NCBI GenBank assembly: GCA_020833325.1
Contig: JAJHQN010000001.1
Coordinates: 1-57,467 of the forward strand
Origin: Desulfurococcaceae archaeon
Lineage (GTDB): Archaea > Thermoproteota > Thermoprotei_A > Sulfolobales > Acidilobaceae
Length of the DNA: 57,467 bases
Direction: 5' to 3'
Made by a program: the position numbers and the translations under genes. The notes beneath the pieces were generated by a model. It was not told where the DNA came from. It did no database searches and saw nothing but the letters and a program-made list of their open reading frames with translations. Position 1 is the stretch's first letter; each line of letters begins with the position of its first letter. Shown piece by piece: positions 38,734 to 46,995 of the stretch.

Positions 38734-39042
38734 TCAAGGTACACCCCTTACAATCTTAGTCTCCTCTAATCTCTTAAGCTCTTTTGCTAGCTTAACCTTC
38801 TCAACGAATATCTTAACTGTAGGCTGGAGTAAATGTCTTATACTATAAACAGGGTCTATGGGGAATACTAGGTTCTTAGATTCTTTAAAACCACATATAG
38901 GGCACTCACTTATAACATAGATCCTAACACCATCCTCCCCCTCCGGGCCTGAGAGAGTGTAATAGTACTCAATGGGGGCTGAGCACTTAGCACATAACCC
39001 TATCTCTCTAAACTCAAGCTTAACACTCAAAAACCCAAACAC
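38734..39042 (-). CDS. Hypothetical zinc-ribbon protein
   Basis: CAKC...CPIC pairs; GTG start preceded by a G-rich stretch; no family recognised. Confidence 0.45.
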   Translation of the reverse strand: MFGFLSVKLEFREIGLCAKCSAPIEYYYTLSGPEGEDGVRIYVISECPICGFKESKNLVFPIDPVYSIRHLLQPTVKIFVEKVKLAKELKRLEETKIVRGVP

Positions 39043-39074
39043 CCCCCAGAACAGCTTTCTTTAAACCTCCAGTT

Positions 39075-39310
39075 AAAGGGTGGAAGCCCTATCTACTAGG
39101 TTAAGCTACCATACCCTCCAAAGACCTAGAGATGCCCTAGCCGACGGCTCCCCCCTTGAAAAGGCGAGGTTCCCTACACCCACTAGGGCTTCCCGTCACT
39201 CTCCAGAGCCCCTCACGAGCGCGACTTCACCGCCTAAAGGCTCAGGCCCGGCCGTCAGCCGCAGGAGACGCGTCTCCTCGCCTGCTAAGCTCGCCTGCAC
39301 CCAACACCGG
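39075..39310 (-). ncRNA. GC-rich structured RNA candidate (RNase-P-RNA-like topology, identity unproven)
   Basis: ORF-free GC-rich block. Hairpin GGAGA-CGCG-TCTCC (39264-77). Long-range helices GGCTGACGGC/GCCGTCGGC (39251-60 / 39140-48) and GGCGAGG/CCTCGCC (39276-82 / 39163-69) interleave as a pseudoknot. A/T boxes lie upstream on the minus strand. Confidence 0.45.
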
Positions 39311-39337
39311 TAACAGGTATAAAACAGAATACTTGTC

Positions 39338-39392
39338 AAATTTTAACCTTCTACACCTTCTCTCCTTGGGAAAGCGAGGCTTCGAGTTGTGA
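39338..39392. repeat. Degenerate third copy (C) of the A/T-box plus hairpin module
   Basis: caaattttaaccttctacaccttctctccttgggaaagcgaggcttcgagttgtg shares the AAATTT box, TTCTAC, and CCTTG(G)GAAAGCGAGGCTT..AGTTGT with copies A and B. Confidence 0.4.
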
Positions 39393-39455
39393 GTTCAGCT
39401 GATGAGTAGTGATGGGGGGAGTAGTTCTCAAGGCGGGCATGGGTTTTAAAGCTCC

Positions 39456-39740
39456 CTACTCTCCGTACTCACCCATCTGATCTAATACAATCTCGTAGTA
39501 AGAGTCTTTAGCCTGCTCTAGCTCTTCTTGTCTCTTAGTATCTAGTCCTCTCTTCTTAGCTATAATCTTTGTTGTTAGCACCTTCTGCTCTCTCTTCACA
39601 GTTGAAGTGTACATCTGCTCCTCCTCCTTTGTCATGCTTATCTCGTAACCACATCTACTACACTTAAGTAACCTCGCCTCCTCCCTCTTCACTAACACCA
39701 TGATACTACCACACTTCGGGCAAAACCTCACAAATAACAC
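39456..39740 (-). CDS. Zn-ribbon protein resembling the N-terminal domain of TFS/RpoM, with a charged helical tail
   Basis: FCPKCGSIMVLV...LKCSRCGYE matches the TFS/Rpb9 N-terminal ribbon; no second (catalytic) ribbon is present. Confidence 0.55.
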   Translation of the reverse strand: MLFVRFCPKCGSIMVLVKREEARLLKCSRCGYEISMTKEEEQMYTSTVKREQKVLTTKIIAKKRGLDTKRQEELEQAKDSYYEIVLDQMGEYGE

Positions 39741-39998
39741 CCCAAGTCACTTAGCTCCTGGGACCCATTAGAGTTATTCAACCAAAGTATTTATACCTTT
39801 AATAGGTTAGAGGTGCTAAACCATAAACCTAGAAATGGAGATGCCAACCTCTGAGAAACTTCAAGGCAACACCTAGCCATCCTCAATTTACAGAGTTTAC
39901 AAGCTGAGATAGTGTGTATAAACGTTTTACTGTAATAGGCGTGCTACTGGTGTTTAAGGATGGAGCTTGGATTTAAGGTGAACTGGAGAGTTTACAAT

Positions 39999-40178
39999 GA
40001 CCCCCTCCTCGCATCCCTGGGAGGCTTAAAGAGCCTCCCCCGAGCGGTTTGACGGATCTCCGCTCGGAAGCGCACTCCTCATCTTCCTATCGGATCCCCA
40101 TGCTTGGGGCATCACCTTTTCAGGGCCGGAGGGGCCTCGGCTCCAATAGAACCATCGGGAGCTCCCTCCCCACACCGG
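39999..40178 (-). ncRNA. GC-rich structured RNA candidate, unclassified
   Basis: ORF-free. Perfect 8-bp hairpin GGGAGGCT/AGCCTCCC (40019-40039). 8-bp helix CCGAGCGG/CCGCTCGG (40040-47 / 40060-67). GCTCC-N13-GGAGC. The minus-strand 5' end CCGGTGTGGGG lies about 25 nt from the A/T box of module copy B. Confidence 0.4.
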
Positions 40179-40244
40179 CTCCTCTCCACCTCAACTCTCT
40201 AAATTTCTACATTTCTACCTTGAAAGGCGAGGCTTTCAGTTATA
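40179..40244. repeat. 66-nt intergenic module, copy B
   Basis: 57/66 identity to 34174-34239; hairpin TTGAAAG-GCGAGG-CTTTCAG. Confidence 0.7.
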
Positions 40245-40274
40245 AACATCTTAGGAGGTGGCCTTAGAAGGGTT

Positions 40275-41570
40275 TCACCTGCTGACTAGGATTACCTGGA
40301 TGCTGTTGAGGTTGGAGCCCGTGGGCCCTGTTCTCACAAGGCCTCCAACGGTGTTGAGTGCTGTGTATGTATCATTATCTTCTAGGACTTTATAGGGGTC
40401 GACTCCTCTTGTTACAAGCTCTTCTACGAGCTCCGGTGTCATAATGGCGCCCGCAGCGTCTGTGAAACCATCTATTCCATCTGTATCCATTGATAGGATG
40501 GCAGCTTCACTCCTGTAACCCCAGTATCTCATGGATAGAGCCCAGGAGAACGCTAGCTCCATATTCCTACCCCCTCTTCCACGTCCTCTTACTTTAACTG
40601 TTGTCTCACCACCAGCTAGTAGGGATGCAGGTGGTTGAACTGGAACCCCCTTCTCTATTACATCCATGGTTATAGATGCTAGGGCTCTCCCCACCTCTCT
40701 GGACTCTCCTTCGAGCCTACTAGTTAATATTAGTGTGTTGAACCCCGATGATCTAAGCTTGTTCTCAAGACCTTTTAAGACGTCTATGTTAGCTGCCACC
40801 AGCTCGTTAACAGTCCTTGATAACAGCTGGGATCCAGGCTTAGGGGTCTCCTCCCTTAAACCACTGCAACCCTCCTCTAACACTCTCACAACCCTCTCAG
40901 GTAGCACCTCGAATATCCTATACCTCCTCGTAACCTCTAGGGCTTCACAGTATGTTGATGGATCTGCTACAGTGGGCCCCGAACCTATAACATCAAGCCT
41001 GTCACCAGGCACATCGCTAGCGTATAAACCCCTAACCTCAGCTGGGTATGCTGCTACCGCAAGCCTCCCCCCCTTAACGAGGGATAAGTGCTTTCTCACA
41101 CTATTAATCTCATGTATTGAAGCACCACACGCTAGCAGAGCTCTCGTTGCATCCCTCACATCATCTATGGTTAGGGGGTCTAGGGGTTTCTCTACTAAAG
41201 CTGAAGCACCACCAGAAACGAGGACTAGAAGCCTCCCTCCCCTAGCTGCCCTAGCCCATTCTAATACCATCTCACCAGCTCTAAGACTGCTCTCATCGGG
41301 AAGCGGGTGGGAGGATTCAACAACCTCCAACCCCTCAATAGGCCTCCCAGTACCTCTAGGGGTTACAATCACACCACCATCAACATCGAGAGCGCCTAGG
41401 ACACCTTCAACCATCTGCATAGAACCTTTACCCATAGCTATTACAACAGCTCTACGCCAGTCAAGTTTTCCAAGATACCTTTTAACCCTACCATCTAGCC
41501 TTGATAGCTCTACAACATCGTAGACCAGGGATTTAGCGGTGGAGATCAAGTCTAGGCTCGCTATAGGCAT
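40275..41570 (-). CDS. Glycerate 2-kinase (MOFRL family)
   Basis: AGGETTVKVRGRGRGGRNMELA motif and DUF4147-plus-MOFRL-like architecture. Confidence 0.85.
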   Translation of the reverse strand: MPIASLDLISTAKSLVYDVVELSRLDGRVKRYLGKLDWRRAVVIAMGKGSMQMVEGVLGALDVDGGVIVTPRGTGRPIEGLEVVESSHPLPDESSLRAGEMVLEWARAARGGRLLVLVSGGASALVEKPLDPLTIDDVRDATRALLACGASIHEINSVRKHLSLVKGGRLAVAAYPAEVRGLYASDVPGDRLDVIGSGPTVADPSTYCEALEVTRRYRIFEVLPERVVRVLEEGCSGLREETPKPGSQLLSRTVNELVAANIDVLKGLENKLRSSGFNTLILTSRLEGESREVGRALASITMDVIEKGVPVQPPASLLAGGETTVKVRGRGRGGRNMELAFSWALSMRYWGYRSEAAILSMDTDGIDGFTDAAGAIMTPELVEELVTRGVDPYKVLEDNDTYTALNTVGGLVRTGPTGSNLNSIQVILVSR

Positions 41571-41608
41571 CTGATACCACCTCCTAGATGTGGAGCGGGT
41601 TTAGAGCA

Positions 41609-41618
41609 TTTATATATA
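41609..41618 (+). promoter_or_regulatory. TATA-box-like element upstream of the TusA-like gene
   Basis: TTTATATATA; it is too close to the track ORF start (41626), which supports the downstream GTG at 41683. Confidence 0.4.
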
Positions 41619-41682
41619 ATTAGCAGTGAATATACCTAGGTTTATAGGAGCTTTAAGCTCTAGTAGGATATGGTGCATATAT

Positions 41683-41922
41683 GTGAGTGGAGAGGTTATA
41701 GAGGTTACACTTGATACTAGAGGTCAGAAGTGCCCTCAGCCTTTCGTGGAGATGGTTAAGGTTTTTATGAAGACGACGGGTAGGGTTAGAGTTAGGGTTA
41801 TAACCGATGATGAGGCTTGTTTGAAGTTCATCCCAGACTATGGGAGGGATCTAGACTTCGAGCTTGTTAACGTTGAGGAAGGTCAAGGATACTATGTTAT
41901 AGTTATGGGTAGGAGCTCCTAA
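41683..41922 (+). CDS. TusA/SirA-like sulfur carrier protein
   Basis: LDTRGQKCPQPFVEM (the CPxP active-site motif of the TusA family); about 79 aa counted from GTG 41683. Confidence 0.7.
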   Translation: MSGEVIEVTLDTRGQKCPQPFVEMVKVFMKTTGRVRVRVITDDEACLKFIPDYGRDLDFELVNVEEGQGYYVIVMGRSS

Positions 41923-41924
41923 CA

Positions 41925-42221
41925 CTATCTCGGTAACTCCAACTCGCTATATCTTACCTCGAACTCCTGGAATTCCCCAACGTACTCACCCCATGTTACA
42001 TCAACATTATCCACCTTAGCTAGTAGAGGTCCTCTCCTACACTCTTCTACCAACTGCTTCACCCCACCTTCATCCCCCTCCACTACTATTAAAAGACTAC
42101 CGTCAGGCCTGTTTTCAACGTAACCTTTTAAACCTAGTTTTAAAGCCCTCCTAGCAACCCAAGCTCTAAAACCAACCCCTTGAACCTCACCGTAAACCCT
42201 TATGGTAGCTCTTACCATCAT
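41925..42221 (-). CDS. acyP: Acylphosphatase
   Basis: VYGEVQGVGFRAWV and GYVENRPDGSL motifs; the start overlaps the upstream stop (ATGA, 42218-42221). Confidence 0.85.
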   Translation of the reverse strand: MMVRATIRVYGEVQGVGFRAWVARRALKLGLKGYVENRPDGSLLIVVEGDEGGVKQLVEECRRGPLLAKVDNVDVTWGEYVGEFQEFEVRYSELELPR

Positions 42222-43654
42222 GCCAGCTCGAACTCCTTAAGGTAGGATTTCGAGGCCACATACCTCTTAAGCTTTAAAGGAGCTCTAACAACAGGGGATC
42301 CCATACTCTCAATATAACCTATTATCGTGGGCTGTAAACCTACCTTCCTAAGATCCTCTTCTAAACCCTCTAATACCTCGGGCCTAGCTACAATAACGAT
42401 AGCCCCATTGGTCCCAGCTGTTGCATTAGGTATTATGAAATTCCTTGTTGCAAACTCGCTAATCCTAGGCTCCAGTAATGGTATGTCGGTGAGCCTGATA
42501 GCCGTGTTAGAGAGTTCTGCTAGCTCCTTGACGACATAAACTCCAGGTCCCGTCACATCAGTTGTTACAGCTATATGCTCTCTGGGGTTGAAGTTTTCTC
42601 CTAGCTCCGGGAGCCTGCTCTCTATAACCTTGGCGACCTCGATATTGGACTTAGCCATGGTCTCAAGGAATTTGGATTTGATTTCTAGGAGATCATCAAC
42701 GGATATACCTGTCTGTTTTTCGAACTCCTCTGCAATCTCCTTATCAAGCATAACGAGCATGTAGACATTTACTACGGCGAGCTCCCCTATAGGCCTTGTA
42801 ACCATAACCCTCATCCCCGGCTCAACCCTATCGTAGAAGAATGGAGGCTTCCTGGTCATCTCAGCTAACACTGTAGCCCCCATGAGCAGCGACCCTCTAT
42901 TAGGCTGGGGTGGATTGTGTATAGTAGCTCCTATCCCTTCAGCATAGGATATCATGTTACTTAAGATCTTCGATCTAAGCTTACCGTCTGGGGCGTCGTA
43001 AACCGGGTATACCCTTATATTACGCCAAGCACCTACGGTGAATAGATCGTTAAGAGAGTTGCTTAGAGCTACAGCTGTTTGAAGAACACTACCCGGATCC
43101 TCAGCCGGGTCTATGATCTGTATTGTATCATTATTAGCTGCAACCAGGCCTCCACCATCATCGTAGCTCATGAAGTCCACTAGGAAGAACTGGCTTCTCG
43201 TATCAGCTGATACAATGGAGTGGCCTTTACCCACTGAAATACCGTTCTCCACGGCCGCTGCGATCCTACTATAGAACCTCCAAACTATATCCTTGAAAGG
43301 CTCTGGGCTTGAGGCAATCCTCTGGTGAACCTGAGCTAGGACTACGGCTCTACGAGGTTTAAAACCTCTAAGCTCCTCTACAGCTACATGAGGGTCTTCA
43401 ACATCGTAGATACCCCTCATAACCCTGATGCTTTCAAGCCTAGCTTCGAAAACATCAGCGTCCCTTCTAGGAGCTATGGTTAAACCTAGTTTTTCAAGAT
43501 CCCCTCTAATACTCTTTAAAGCAGGGTATAAGACGTCTACGAGGTCAACTTTAACAGCACAGCCTGTAGCTAGCGAGAAGGGGTTAACCCCAAGGCTCCT
43601 ATAGTATTCTATCCTCTCAGCAAACTCCCTAGCTAAGCTCTCGTAACCTCTCAT
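42218..43654 (-). CDS. SelD-like (selenide/sulfide water dikinase-like) PurM-fold protein
   Basis: ATGCAVKVDL keeps the Cys-x-x-Lys spacing of the SelD active-site loop; TTDVTGPG and a C-terminal IIGYI match SelD/PurM C-domain motifs; at 478 aa it is longer than a typical SelD. Confidence 0.55.
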   Translation of the reverse strand: MRGYESLAREFAERIEYYRSLGVNPFSLATGCAVKVDLVDVLYPALKSIRGDLEKLGLTIAPRRDADVFEARLESIRVMRGIYDVEDPHVAVEELRGFKPRRAVVLAQVHQRIASSPEPFKDIVWRFYSRIAAAVENGISVGKGHSIVSADTRSQFFLVDFMSYDDGGGLVAANNDTIQIIDPAEDPGSVLQTAVALSNSLNDLFTVGAWRNIRVYPVYDAPDGKLRSKILSNMISYAEGIGATIHNPPQPNRGSLLMGATVLAEMTRKPPFFYDRVEPGMRVMVTRPIGELAVVNVYMLVMLDKEIAEEFEKQTGISVDDLLEIKSKFLETMAKSNIEVAKVIESRLPELGENFNPREHIAVTTDVTGPGVYVVKELAELSNTAIRLTDIPLLEPRISEFATRNFIIPNATAGTNGAIVIVARPEVLEGLEEDLRKVGLQPTIIGYIESMGSPVVRAPLKLKRYVASKSYLKEFELA

Positions 43655-43772
43655 TGTTCAACCCAACTTTAACGGTGTAAATGGAGGTTGATAAGGTTAA
43701 CGCATAGATTATACCTTTTAAAATACCGCTCTACCACCTTCTAGGAAGGGTTATGGGGTCTGGGAGGTTTGC

Positions 43773-44531
43773 ATGAAGGCGGTTAGCCCAGTATGCTCCG
43801 AGGTTGAGATAGCATCAGGTAACATATACTACTGTGAAGACTATAGCTGGAGGTACCACGTGTTCCAAGATAGGGTTGAGGCCGGGGTTCTGCTAGCTAA
43901 GTTCATAGCCCAGGTTGCCAGCGAGCCCTTCGACATGGTTGTAGGTCTTGTAGCTGGAGGAGTCCCTGTATCCTACTCTGTATCCAAGGAGCTAGGAGTA
44001 CCCATGGATGTTGTTGTGGTTAAGAAGATAACCTACCCCTGGACCACTGAAGCAGGCTTCGGCGCCGTAGCCCCCGATGGGCTGTATGAGTTTAACAGGG
44101 AGGCGGCCAGGCACGCAGGGTTTAGCTTAGATGATGTAGAGAGGGAGGCGGGGAGAGTACACCAATACGTAATATCGAGAACGTTGAAGCTTAGAGATAG
44201 CCTAGACTATAGCAACGTGAAAGGCAGAAAGGTCATACTAGTAGATGATGGAATAGCAACAGGGTACACAATGATCGTAGCAATAAAATTCCTAAGAAGA
44301 GCTGGAGCACCAGAGGTTACAGTAGCAACACCAACAGCAAGCCTAGACGGAGCACTAGCAGTATCAAAGGAAGCATATAAACTACTAGTACTAAACCTAA
44401 GAACAGGCCCATTCTACGCAGTAGCAGACGCATACAGAGAATGGCACGATGTAAGCGATGAAGAAGCAAAACAATACATAAAGAAGGCAAAAGAAGGAAC
44501 ACACAACACCTATAAACCCCAGACCAAATAA
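43773..44531 (+). CDS. Predicted phosphoribosyltransferase (type I PRT fold)
   Basis: PRPP-binding loop VILVDDGIATGYTM; N-terminal F.DR.EAG-like region; K/E-rich tail. Confidence 0.7.
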   Translation: MKAVSPVCSEVEIASGNIYYCEDYSWRYHVFQDRVEAGVLLAKFIAQVASEPFDMVVGLVAGGVPVSYSVSKELGVPMDVVVVKKITYPWTTEAGFGAVAPDGLYEFNREAARHAGFSLDDVEREAGRVHQYVISRTLKLRDSLDYSNVKGRKVILVDDGIATGYTMIVAIKFLRRAGAPEVTVATPTASLDGALAVSKEAYKLLVLNLRTGPFYAVADAYREWHDVSDEEAKQYIKKAKEGTHNTYKPQTK

Positions 44532-44545
44532 CACTATCTAACTGG

Positions 44546-44623
44546 GGGCCCGTCGTCTAGCCTGGATAGGACGCCGCCCTCACACGGCGGAGGTCCGGGG
44601 TTCAAATCCCCGCGGGCCCACCA
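44546..44623 (+). tRNA. tRNA-Val (anticodon CAC), CCA encoded
   Basis: Hand-folded cloverleaf: acceptor GGGCCCG/CGGGCCC, D stem GTCT/GGAC, anticodon stem CCGCC/GGCGG with loop CTCACAC, T arm CGGGG-TTCAAAT-CCCCG, discriminator A, then CCA. Confidence 0.95.
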
Positions 44624-45102
44624 CCCGATAAACCCCACCCATAACTCCAGAGCTACTTCTAGAAGACCCCCCTCCACGATTACCCCTCCACATATCGGCT
44701 TTCACAGAATGCACGGATATGGACGTCGAGATGCAAGCCTGTATGAGCGCAGGAAACCATTCATATGGGATGAATATGGAAACAACCATATGCCTGTGCC
44801 CTCCTAGGAGCTAAGGGTTGGAGGTGGTAGTATAGTTATTGCAGTGGAGTATGTTGAGGTTGTGTGGGGTTTGAGGATGCATATAGGTTGAATATGTTTT
44901 AAAGTTTTCCGCATTATTACGTGTGCTAATGTTGTGTGCTTATCCAATCTATATGCTTTCATAGCTGGTGGATTTCAAGTTTGGCTCGTATGGGGTGTTT
45001 GGGGGTTTTAAAGTTTTCTCTCTACTATAGTGTTTTTAACTCTAGACCCTTATTATTTGGGGAGTGAATGTGTGGGTGAGTCTTCTCGGTGTTGGGTGAT
45101 AG

Positions 45103-46995
45103 TTGTTGCTTGAGTCTCGTGAGGGAATTTTGGTAAGGCTAGCTGCATACACTGATTTCGTGAATTTTGGTAAGCTGGTTAAGGTTAAGTCTACTTCTTT
45201 GCTTAGGTGGATTCTTGAGGTTGCCGAACTTACTGAGCCTGATAGGATGTTCGTTGTAACGGATTCTCCGGAGGACTTGGAGTATGTTCGTAGGAGGGCT
45301 GTTGAGAATAGAGAGGAGATTCCGGTTAGTTATAGCCCTCTTCACACGGTACACTTTGACGGGCCTAGGGATCTCGCTAGGGATAGGGAGAACACGAGGA
45401 TTCTTGTGCCGAAAGGGACTGTAATACCTATGATTAACACTAAGGATGTTGTTGAAGGGGTTGGGGAGATTGAAGGGATTATGAAGGGTATTATGAAGGG
45501 TAGGGAGATGTACGTGGGGTTCTACTGCTACGGGCCTAAGAACTCCCCATTCACACTATATGGTGTTCAAGTAACGGACTCAGCATATGTTATCCATAGT
45601 AGTAATGTTCTTTACAGATTATGTTATGATGTGTTCACTGAGAGGGAGAGCATTTCATATATGAGGTTCTTGCATAGTACTGGTGAGAGGGATGAGAATG
45701 GGTGGAGTAGGAATGTGCATAAGCGAAGAATATACATAGATGTGGAGAACCAAATCGTATACACCGCTAATACCCAGTATGCTGGCAACGCAATTGGTAT
45801 GAAGAAGCTTGCCTTAAGACTATGTATCTACAGAGGTTATAGAGAGAATTGGCTCTGCGAACACATGTTCATAGCTGGTATGAAGGGGCCTGGAGGTAGG
45901 GTAACATACTTCACAGGAGCATTCCCAGCAGGCTGTGGTAAGACAGCAACAGCTATGATGGCAGACACGCTTGTAGGCGATGACCTAGCAATTATAAAGA
46001 ATATTGGTGGAGAGGTAAGAGCGGTCAACCCAGAAACGGGGATGTTTGGTATTATCAGCGGAATTAACCCTATCGACGACCCGGAGATATACGAGATCCT
46101 AACTAGGAGGGATACAGAGGTGGTATTCGCTAACGTTTTACTCACGAAGGACGGATCCATATGGTGGGATGGGAAGCCCGAGTCTCCAAGACCGGGGATT
46201 AACTACGCAGGATCTTGGTGGCCGGGTAAAAAGGATGAAAAAGGTGGTGAGATACCGCCCTCACATCCTAATGCAAGATTCACAACTAGCATACGTTACC
46301 TAAAGAACCTCGATCCGGGAATTGATGATCCAAACGGGGTTCCTGTAAAGGGTATGATATTTGGGGGTAGAGACTCTGACACATGGGTTCCTGTAGAGGA
46401 GGCTTTTGACTGGGATCATGGAATAGTTACTAAGGGTGCAATCCTGGAATCGGAGAGGACTGCAGCTGTTCTAGGCGAGGCGGGGTTAGTGGAGTTTAAC
46501 CCCTTCGCAATACTAGACTTTCTATCGATTTCACCTGGAGCATTTATAGAGCTCCACTTCAGGTTTGGTGAAGGACTTAAGGAGAGGCCTAGGATATTTA
46601 GTGTAAATTATTTCTTGAGGGGCGAACATGGCGAGTATCTAACTGAGAAGAGGGATAAGTATGTATGGTTAAAGTGGATGGAGCTTAGAGTACACGGAGA
46701 TTTAGATGCTATAGAGACCCCCACAGGCTATATACCGGTGTACGAGGACCTTAGAAATCTATTCGAGAAATACTTAAATAAGGAATTTAAAGAGGATCTC
46801 TACGAAAAGCTATTCTCAATAAGGATTTCAAAGCTGTTAAAGAAGTATGAGAGGGCATGGAATATATACGCTACGAAAGCACCTGACACGCCAAAGAAGT
46901 TCTACTACATAATGATAGAGCAGAAGAGAAAACTCGAGGAAGCCGAAAGCCTCTTTGGAGCAGTAGTAAGCCCCTTCAAGCTCGATAGAAGGTAG
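45103..46995 (+). CDS. pckG: Phosphoenolpyruvate carboxykinase (GTP)
   Basis: Kinase-1a loop FPAGCGKTATAMM, PNARFT motif, about 630-aa length typical of GTP-PEPCK. Confidence 0.9.
   Translation: MLLESREGILVRLAAYTDFVNFGKLVKVKSTSLLRWILEVAELTEPDRMFVVTDSPEDLEYVRRRAVENREEIPVSYSPLHTVHFDGPRDLARDRENTRILVPKGTVIPMINTKDVVEGVGEIEGIMKGIMKGREMYVGFYCYGPKNSPFTLYGVQVTDSAYVIHSSNVLYRLCYDVFTERESISYMRFLHSTGERDENGWSRNVHKRRIYIDVENQIVYTANTQYAGNAIGMKKLALRLCIYRGYRENWLCEHMFIAGMKGPGGRVTYFTGAFPAGCGKTATAMMADTLVGDDLAIIKNIGGEVRAVNPETGMFGIISGINPIDDPEIYEILTRRDTEVVFANVLLTKDGSIWWDGKPESPRPGINYAGSWWPGKKDEKGGEIPPSHPNARFTTSIRYLKNLDPGIDDPNGVPVKGMIFGGRDSDTWVPVEEAFDWDHGIVTKGAILESERTAAVLGEAGLVEFNPFAILDFLSISPGAFIELHFRFGEGLKERPRIFSVNYFLRGEHGEYLTEKRDKYVWLKWMELRVHGDLDAIETPTGYIPVYEDLRNLFEKYLNKEFKEDLYEKLFSIRISKLLKKYERAWNIYATKAPDTPKKFYYIMIEQKRKLEEAESLFGAVVSPFKLDRR

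Noticed and set aside
39399-39440. CTGATGAGTAGTGATGG as a C/D-box sRNA
   Set aside because: No CUGA D or D' boxes occur at the required spacing on either strand.
44580-44789. 69-aa minus-strand ORF overlapping tRNA-Val
   Set aside because: It is built largely from the complement of the tRNA and a G-rich spacer, so it is spurious.
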